Below the pieces are notes generated by a model. That model was not told the origin of the DNA. It did not search any database and worked only from the letters and a program-made list of their open reading frames with translations. Below, in pieces: positions 63,366 through 64,000 of a DNA stretch of 64,000 bases. Position 1 is the stretch's first letter; each line of letters starts with the position of its first letter. The position numbers and the translations under genes were made by a program. Source of the DNA: Nitrospirales bacterium (GTDB taxonomy: Bacteria > Nitrospirota > Nitrospiria > Nitrospirales > UBA8639); assembly GCA_965203295.1 (NCBI GenBank), contig CBDBCZ010000010.1:1-64000 (forward strand), in the 5' to 3' direction.

Positions 63366-64000
63366 CTTCCCTTTCCGAATTACCGACTACATAATATGTA
63401 TGTGGTACAAACTTCCTTTACAATAAGCGGTGCATTTAGGGTAATCGGTATTATAAGACATGAATATAACCATGATTTCCCCCTCAAAAATTGTGGAACT
63501 GACAATTGATGCAACATTTGCTTGCATGGGCAATACATTCGGATCAAACCACGTACGTCTACCTACACAACTAGATAGCTTTTATATCTGAGGACAGTTG
63601 TTAAGTACTTCAGTGCAGAGGAAGGTGCTTTCCCTGAGTTCTGCTTTGATGGCAGTGATGATGACCTGAACATGGAAGGACAGGAGCCACACTATCCACT
63701 GATCTGTCTGATGATGAATGTAATGCATTAACTCTTTTCTTTGAATCAAAAGTGATCCATACATTACCAAAAAAAGATTGAGGACTTTCACCAGTAGGAG
63801 GCTTTTCCTTGGCAAGTGTCATACCTGGACAAACTGGTAGTAAAAAGAACATGTCGATATTTATATCCTACACAAATATATACTTTTTTAATGAATGAAG
63901 AGGTAAGGGAGTAAGGGAGTCAAGAGATGACAATGGGGGAGGCCAGCACATGGTAGGAGTAGAGCAAGAGACAGTAGAAGAGGTGGTGGTGCAGGGAGGG

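Noticed and set aside
63582..63852. Possible minus-strand host exon
   Set aside because: No recognisable domain, and it cannot be linked to other exons in the window.

Overview
Intron-containing eukaryotic DNA that is almost entirely transposable elements. It is probably from a non-bilaterian animal such as a demosponge; this is an inference from the short GT-AG introns and the element repertoire. The right half (39344-63365) is a four-level nest. A decayed BEL/Pao LTR retrotransposon is split by an AcademH-type DNA transposon carrying a RecQ helicase and a DUF6589-like transposase. The RecQ gene is split by an 11.6-kb TIR element carrying a head-to-head pair, a P-loop ATPase (DUF3987-like) and a KDZ/CxC-type transposase with an embedded chromodomain, flanked by tandem arrays. 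That transposase has a Crypton (tyrosine recombinase) in its first intron. A second, diverged, decayed copy of the KDZ-chromo gene at 18.2-21.3 kb has the same downstream array and an apparent divergent partner exon, which suggests a conserved and possibly undescribed two-gene transposon architecture. The middle holds a foldback element with about 620-bp inverted repeats, containing an IS3EU-like element (integrase plus HECT E3 ligase, 6-bp TSD) and a piggyBac MITE. The left part holds an apparently intact piggyBac inside a host-gene intron, a decayed piggyBac and a 615-bp tandem duplication. Family names come from motifs read by eye; no database searches were run.
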